64,000 bases of DNA from Candidatus Geothermocultor quzhuomuensis (GTDB lineage Bacteria; Actinomycetota; Aquicultoria; Geothermocultorales; Geothermocultoraceae). Positions 59,146 through 64,000 of this stretch are shown one piece after another. The notes below the pieces were generated by a model. It was not told the DNA's origin. It saw nothing but the letters and a program-made list of their open reading frames with translations, and ran no database searches. The stretch covers positions 1,019 through 65,018 of the forward strand of contig JACVJC010000011.1 of the NCBI GenBank assembly GCA_015711795.1, given 5' to 3'. The translations under genes were made by a program, and so were the position numbers. How positions within the stretch are numbered: the first letter of the stretch is position 1; the number at the start of each line of letters is the position of its first letter.

Positions 59146-59850
59146 CTAACCAGTAGCCAGTTTAGCTCGAAGACGCCCTCTTAAACGGAGCAAGGCTTTA
59201 GCGTGAAGTTGAGAAACCCTTGATTCACTGACCCCTAGAATCTCAGCAATTTCCTTTAAGGTGAAACCTTCATAATAATAAAAAGAAATGACTTCACTTT
59301 CCTTTTGGGGTAAACTTTTTATCGTTTCAAGCAAAATGGACCTTAATTCTTCCTCCTCTAATATTTTAAAAGGGTCAGTTGCTTTTTGGTCCTCTATAGC
59401 ATCGAGAATACTAACTTTGCTGTCATCTTCCAGCCCCACTGTCCATAAATCCTCTAGGGCAATGAGTGAAGAATAACTTAACTCACTTAACATTTTTTGA
59501 AGGTTTTCAGATGAGATTCCCATTGCTTCAGCAACCTCATCATCAGTTGGTATTCTTTTTAAGTCTCTTTCTAATTCAAAATAAGTTCTCTCTAATTCCT
59601 TTGCTTTAGATCTTAATGAACGAGGAACCCAGTCAAGAGCTCTTAATTCATCAATCATAGCCCCTTTAATTCGAGAAATAGCATATGTTTCAAATTTAAT
59701 CTCTCTTTCCAAGTTATATTTTTCAATGGCATCAATTAAGCCCCACATCCCATAACTAATTAAATCAGAAATATCAACGCTCCGAGGGAAGCTTGAAGCA
59801 ACTCGACCAGCAACATACTTTACTAGTGGAGCATAATATAAAACTAACAA
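59146..59850 (-). CDS. FliA/WhiG(SigD)-family sigma-28-like RNA polymerase sigma factor
   Basis: DLISYGMWGLIDAIEKYN...FETYAISRIKGAMIDELRALDW (regions 2.x-3). EGFTLKEIAEILGVSESRVSQLHAKALLRLRG (region 4.2). An in-frame upstream extension (to ~59960) encodes ...IWRQYKKTHAPDLRDLLVLYYAPLVKYVAGRV matching the SigD N-terminus. The track start is TTG 59850. Confidence 0.75.
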   Translation of the reverse strand: MLVLYYAPLVKYVAGRVASSFPRSVDISDLISYGMWGLIDAIEKYNLEREIKFETYAISRIKGAMIDELRALDWVPRSLRSKAKELERTYFELERDLKRIPTDDEVAEAMGISSENLQKMLSELSYSSLIALEDLWTVGLEDDSKVSILDAIEDQKATDPFKILEEEELRSILLETIKSLPQKESEVISFYYYEGFTLKEIAEILGVSESRVSQLHAKALLRLRGRLRAKLATG

Positions 59851-60127
59851 ATCTCTTAAGTCAGGGGCATGGGTTTTCTTATATTGACGCCATATTTTTT
59901 TTAAATTTGGCTCACATTGAATTAATTTATTTTTATCTTTTCTCTTCTTTACCGTCTCTTTCCCCTCCTGAATTTTAAAATTAATCCAGTATTTTAGCGG
60001 TTCCCGCTTATATCATCGGATTGCTCCAGAATTTACCCCTAAAATTCAAATTAAAGCAAAACTTAATATTACCCTCAACTTAAAAATGTTAATTAAGTTC
60101 TCATCTAAACCAGTTTTTAAATAAAAT

Positions 60128-61036
60128 TTAAGCTCTCGGATGGGCTTGATTATAAATTCTTCTTAATCTTTCTCGATCTACCCGTGTGTAAATTTGAGTT
60201 GAATCTAAACTGACATGACCCAGAAGTTCCTGAATAGTTCTTAAATCAGCTCCTCTTTCAAGCAAATGAGTAGCAAAGGTATGTCTTAGCGAGTGAGGAG
60301 TAACACCAAAATTAGAGCCTAATTTTTTAACATAGTGAGTAATCCGTCTTCTCACTCCTACATCGGAAAGCCGACCACCTAACCGATTTAAAAACAAAGC
60401 AGGGGAATCCTTCTTGCTAAGAAAGACTTTTCTAGCACTCGTAACATACTTAACCAAAGCATCTAAGGCAATTTTATTTAAAAAAACAACTCTTTCCCTT
60501 TTCCCTTTTCCCAAAACCCTTATCTCCCTTTTTTCAAAATCAATTTCATTTAAATTTATTGAGGTTAGTTCGCTTACCCTCATTCCTGAACTGTAAAGCA
60601 CTTCCAAAATCGCTTTATCACGCAGCCCAAGAGGGGTATTGGGATCAGGAAGCTTAAATAACTCTTCAAGCCAATCTTCTGATAAGATTAAAGGTAATTT
60701 CCGCTCCAGTTTAGGTGACGAGAGCAAACTAGCAGGATTATTCTTAATAATATTTTTACCTCTAATAAACTTAAAAAAACTCTTTAAGGCTGCTACTTTT
60801 CGGGCAACCGTTTTTTTCGAGTATTTTAAAGTGTAAAGATAACCTAAGTAACGGCGGAGAAAAAGATAATCAACCTCACTTAACTGACGCCTTGACTTTT
60901 TAAGAAAATTCAAAAAATTTTTTAAATCGCTTTCATAACTGCGAAGAGTATGGTAAGAATAGTTTCTCTTAATCGAAAGATAAAGTAAATACTGATTTAA
61001 GATTTGGCTTAATTCCTCTTTTCTATTTATTTCCAC
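60128..61036 (-). CDS. xerC: Tyrosine site-specific recombinase XerC/XerD family (CodV-like position)
   Basis: N-terminal SAM-like core-binding domain. C-terminal ...R..HSLRHTFATHLLERGADLRTIQELLGHVSLDSTQIYTRV (R-H-R-Y catalytic residues). Confidence 0.85.
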   Translation of the reverse strand: MEINRKEELSQILNQYLLYLSIKRNYSYHTLRSYESDLKNFLNFLKKSRRQLSEVDYLFLRRYLGYLYTLKYSKKTVARKVAALKSFFKFIRGKNIIKNNPASLLSSPKLERKLPLILSEDWLEELFKLPDPNTPLGLRDKAILEVLYSSGMRVSELTSINLNEIDFEKREIRVLGKGKRERVVFLNKIALDALVKYVTSARKVFLSKKDSPALFLNRLGGRLSDVGVRRRITHYVKKLGSNFGVTPHSLRHTFATHLLERGADLRTIQELLGHVSLDSTQIYTRVDRERLRRIYNQAHPRA

Positions 61037-61043
61037 AAAAATA

Positions 61044-62354
61044 TTATAACAATTCCTTTCTTTTTTCTAAAAAAATTTTTAAGTCATTTAAGGCTCGCTG
61101 ACTATAAGCTAAAAAACGCTCTTTTTTAGAAAGTTTCTTTTCAAACGGAGGCATAAGACCAAAACTAACATGCATTGGCTGGAAATTTTTATGATGAGGA
61201 TTGGTAACATAGTTAATGAGAGAACCAAGAGCAGTCGTTAGAGGTAAAACCACATTATTTAAATGGTTAAATTTTGACCAAAGATTCATTGCTGCAATAA
61301 TCCCTGTCGCAGCAGATTCAATATAGCCCTCTACTCCACTTATCTGTCCGGCCAAGAAAAAGCCAGGATAATCTCGAAATTCTAAAGTGTTTTTTAAAAC
61401 TTGAGGCGAATTAAGATAAGTATTGCGGTGCATAACTCCAAATCGGACAAATTCTGCCCTCTCAAGACCAGGAACCATTCGAAAGACTCTTTCCTGCTCT
61501 TTCCATTTTAAATTAGTTTGAAAGCCAACCATGCTATAAAGACTACCTGTAAAATCATCCTGACGTAATTGGACAACTGCGTAAGGTTTCTTCTTAGTTA
61601 AATGGTTAATTAGTCCAACTGGTTTTAAAGGTCCAAACCTTAAAGTATCCTTTCCTTTTTTAGCCATCACTTCGATGGGAAGGCAACCTGAAAAATAAAT
61701 TTCCTTTTCAAATTCCTTCAAAGGAACCGTTTCTGCTGAAATAAGTTCCTCCCAAAATCTTTCATATTCAGTTTTATTCATCGGGCAATTAAGGTAATTC
61801 CCTTCACCCTTGTTATATCTGGAAGCAAGAAAGATTTTTTTAAAGTTAAGGGAGTCTCTAGTTAAAATGGGTGAAGCAGCATCATAAAAATATAAGCTTT
61901 TAGAGCCCGTTAAACGAGCCAACTCTTTTTCTAAAGAAGATGAGGTTAAAGGTCCAGTTGCAATAATTGTTGGTTGTTTTAAATTTAATTTGGTTATTTC
62001 TTCCCTAATTACTTTAATGTTAGGGTGAGAGGTTAAAATCTCGGTGATTCTTGAAGAAAATTTTTTTCGATCAACAGCCAAAGCCACTCCAGCTAGAACT
62101 CGACATTCTTCAGCCACCTTTAATACCAACGAACCAAGTAAGCGCATTTCCTCCTTCAAAAGCCCGGCAGCCTTTGTTAATTCTAAAGAACGAAAGGAAT
62201 TGGAACAAACAAGCTCAGCAAAATTACCCGTTTGATGAACGGGTGTTTTTTTAACTGGACGCATCTCATATAAAATTACTTTAACTCCCTTTTGAGCTAA
62301 GTAGTAAGCTGCTTCACTCCCAGCAAGACCAGCTCCAATAACAACTACTTTCAT
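61044..62354 (-). CDS. trmFO: Methylenetetrahydrofolate--tRNA-(uracil54-C5)-methyltransferase (Gid)
   Basis: MKVVVIGAGLAGSEAAYYLAQKG (FAD GxGxxG) with full-length TrmFO. The track ORF begins 25 codons upstream at GTG 62429. The internal ATG is the probable start. Confidence 0.85.
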   Translation of the reverse strand: MKVVVIGAGLAGSEAAYYLAQKGVKVILYEMRPVKKTPVHQTGNFAELVCSNSFRSLELTKAAGLLKEEMRLLGSLVLKVAEECRVLAGVALAVDRKKFSSRITEILTSHPNIKVIREEITKLNLKQPTIIATGPLTSSSLEKELARLTGSKSLYFYDAASPILTRDSLNFKKIFLASRYNKGEGNYLNCPMNKTEYERFWEELISAETVPLKEFEKEIYFSGCLPIEVMAKKGKDTLRFGPLKPVGLINHLTKKKPYAVVQLRQDDFTGSLYSMVGFQTNLKWKEQERVFRMVPGLERAEFVRFGVMHRNTYLNSPQVLKNTLEFRDYPGFFLAGQISGVEGYIESAATGIIAAMNLWSKFNHLNNVVLPLTTALGSLINYVTNPHHKNFQPMHVSFGLMPPFEKKLSKKERFLAYSQRALNDLKIFLEKRKELL

Positions 62355-62401
62355 TTTGCACCTCAGATTTTTTAATGAAATTGGCCATTTTGGACTAACT
62401 T

Positions 62402-63703
62402 TTAGTGCCAGCCACAAAGAGCCGCCCACTCATCTGTCAAGCGGCTTTTGGCTGTTCCATCAGGATTAGCAAGGTAAATACCATCTGGTTCCTCAAAGGC
62501 AATCTTAAGTTGGTTTGGAGAAAAAAAGGGATTGCGTGAGTGACCATCTTTGGTAATCTCTGTCATGCTTGTCCCATCAAGATTAACGATGTAAATATCA
62601 CTTCTCCTAAAAGAAGAAATGGTGTCAGAAATTTTCGTTGTTTTTTCAAAAATAATTTTTTGTCCATCAGGAGACCAGGAATAGCTACTTACACTATCTG
62701 GATATCGGAAATTGGTAATTGCTTTAACCTCACCACTATAGGCATCAATAAGGTAAATATTAGCTTGAGTAATTTGAAGGGTTCTTGAAACTTCAGTAGT
62801 GGAGGTAGTAGAAGGAACAGTGCCTGCCATGGTTGTCGTTTCTTTAGTCTCTTGGAGGAAAGAAAGTTTAGTCCCCACTGGTGACCATTGAATATCTACA
62901 ATGGCACTGGTTTGACGAGTGCTTCTATAAACTCTCTGTTTCCGACTACCAGTATTATTGGTAACATAAATATTGTGATCACTTAAGGAATAAGCCAAAT
63001 AGCCCCCATCAGGGGACCAAGCAGGTAAAATCCCATTGGGTATTAGCCTAAAAGCTTTCCTAGTGGTAAGGTCAAAAATATATATGCCAGCTCTTTTTTG
63101 AGGATCTTTAGAACTTGAAGTTTGAAAAGCTAGCTTTTTCCCATCGGGTGACCAGCAAAACCTGGATGGGGTATAGCCCGGAGGTTCCTTAATAATTATC
63201 TGGTTTTCAGTCCCATCAAAAGCAACCTTTGCAATATTTCTTAAATCAGTTAAATAAGCAATTTGCTGATTCCTAGAGTCAAGGGCAATATTAGTTCGAT
63301 CGGCTAAAGTTGCTGTTGCAATTTTGATTACTTCTTTCTCTAAAGGGTTTTTTATCCAAACCCATTGTCCTTTTTTATCTTGCGTCTTGGTTGAGTAACA
63401 AATCACCCCTCCCATTTCAGAATATTTACTTAAGTCTTTTTCCAGCTCTCTAATCTTTTTTCTTGCTCCAGCTAATTCTTTCTTTGCCTCTTTAACTTTT
63501 TCCCTTTCTTTAAAAAGTCTGCCTTTCTGAGAATCTATCTCTTCTTCCAATTTACTTATTTCTCGATTTAAAGTCTTAATCCTTCCCAACAAATTAAAAG
63601 AATAACTAGCTAAAAAGATAAGTAGCAAAAATAAAAAAAATAAGACAATTTTAGAGATAGTATTTAGCCACTTCTCAGTTTCTACCCCTGAAAACATCTT
63701 CAC
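62402..63703 (-). CDS. TolB-like periplasmic beta-propeller (PD40/WD40-like repeats) protein with N-terminal TM and coiled coil
   Basis: N-terminal TM plus coiled coil. Repeats: WSPDGKKLAFQ, WSPDGGYLAYS, WSPVGTKLSF, WSPDGQKIIFE (PD40 units). Confidence 0.6.
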   Translation of the reverse strand: MKMFSGVETEKWLNTISKIVLFFLFLLLIFLASYSFNLLGRIKTLNREISKLEEEIDSQKGRLFKEREKVKEAKKELAGARKKIRELEKDLSKYSEMGGVICYSTKTQDKKGQWVWIKNPLEKEVIKIATATLADRTNIALDSRNQQIAYLTDLRNIAKVAFDGTENQIIIKEPPGYTPSRFCWSPDGKKLAFQTSSSKDPQKRAGIYIFDLTTRKAFRLIPNGILPAWSPDGGYLAYSLSDHNIYVTNNTGSRKQRVYRSTRQTSAIVDIQWSPVGTKLSFLQETKETTTMAGTVPSTTSTTEVSRTLQITQANIYLIDAYSGEVKAITNFRYPDSVSSYSWSPDGQKIIFEKTTKISDTISSFRRSDIYIVNLDGTSMTEITKDGHSRNPFFSPNQLKIAFEEPDGIYLANPDGTAKSRLTDEWAALCGWH

Positions 63704-63816
63704 CTCTTCGTAACTATTTTTATGTTATAAGAATAATTAAAGTTTGACAAATCAATTTGCTTATGCCCAGACAAAGGAAGGTAAAACTAACCTCATTGGA
63801 AGTCTAGAAAGGGTGC

Positions 63817-64000
63817 TTACCTTAGAATATTTTGAATTTGCTTAATAACAGTGCTTGAAATCGAGCCGCTTCCTGTTCCCACATAAACTTGCGAAATCTT
63901 TGACTTATTGGAAGAAAGTAAATCTCTCGTTGGGGTAGAGTAATTAATATTATTAGGATGAACTAAGACCATTGGTGCATTAAGCTTAGCCCCCAAAGGC
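63817..64000 (-). CDS. Partial CDS (C-terminal 60 codons; 5' end beyond window), product unknown
   Basis: The minus-strand frame is open from the window edge to TAA at 63819-63817: ...PLGAKLNAPMVLVHPNNINYSTPTRDLLSSNKSKISQVYVGTGSGSISSTVIKQIQNILR*. Confidence 0.4.
   Translation of the reverse strand, partial: PLGAKLNAPMVLVHPNNINYSTPTRDLLSSNKSKISQVYVGTGSGSISSTVIKQIQNILR

Noticed and set aside
60128-61036. Tyrosine recombinase as a possible prophage or integron integrase marking a mobile element
   Set aside because: It sits in the conserved trmFO-xerC(codV) chromosomal position and has a XerC/D-type C-terminus. No phage, IS or att-like repeats flank it. It is treated as the housekeeping dif recombinase.

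Overview
AT-rich bacterial chromosomal window with Firmicutes-like gene order. About 90% of the coding is on the minus strand. No rRNA, tRNA, CRISPR array, transposase or phage gene was seen. **Core block.** 44.3-63.7 kb holds trmFO, xerC, a SigD/FliA-like sigma factor, then rpsB-tsf-pyrH-frr-uppS-cdsA-dxr-rseP-ispG-proS, a GT2 glycosyltransferase and a leuA/HCS-like, leuC, leuD, leuB cluster. This matches the B. subtilis gid-codV...sigD-rpsB synteny, but the intervening fla/che operon is absent. **Other housekeeping.** purL-purF, and thiM-thiE-thiC(-thiL) behind a TPP riboswitch with a terminator-type expression platform. **Envelope region (0-12 kb).** A lytC/lytB-like amidase with a SpoIID-like partner, a GerMN lipoprotein, an ECF sigma/anti-sigma pair, a Wzy-like membrane protein, and a complete five-enzyme WbpA/B/D/E/I-type cluster for UDP-ManNAc(3NAc)A. 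**Accessory-looking middle (20-43 kb).** A single-domain KaiC-like ATPase with a polytopic membrane partner, a Hanks Ser/Thr kinase, a PDZ-polyTM-GAF adenylate cyclase, and a standalone cNMP-binding protein. Also a degenerate GGDEF protein (RxxD I-site kept) coupled to a prepilin-like protein, a standalone LigD 3'-phosphoesterase, a decayed HAD hydrolase pseudogene, three tiny ORFs, and a promoter-plus-terminator unit that may be an sRNA or leader. **Oddities.** Two conserved genes (purF and the sigma-28-like gene) have conserved N-terminal coding sequence upstream of any ATG/GTG/TTG.
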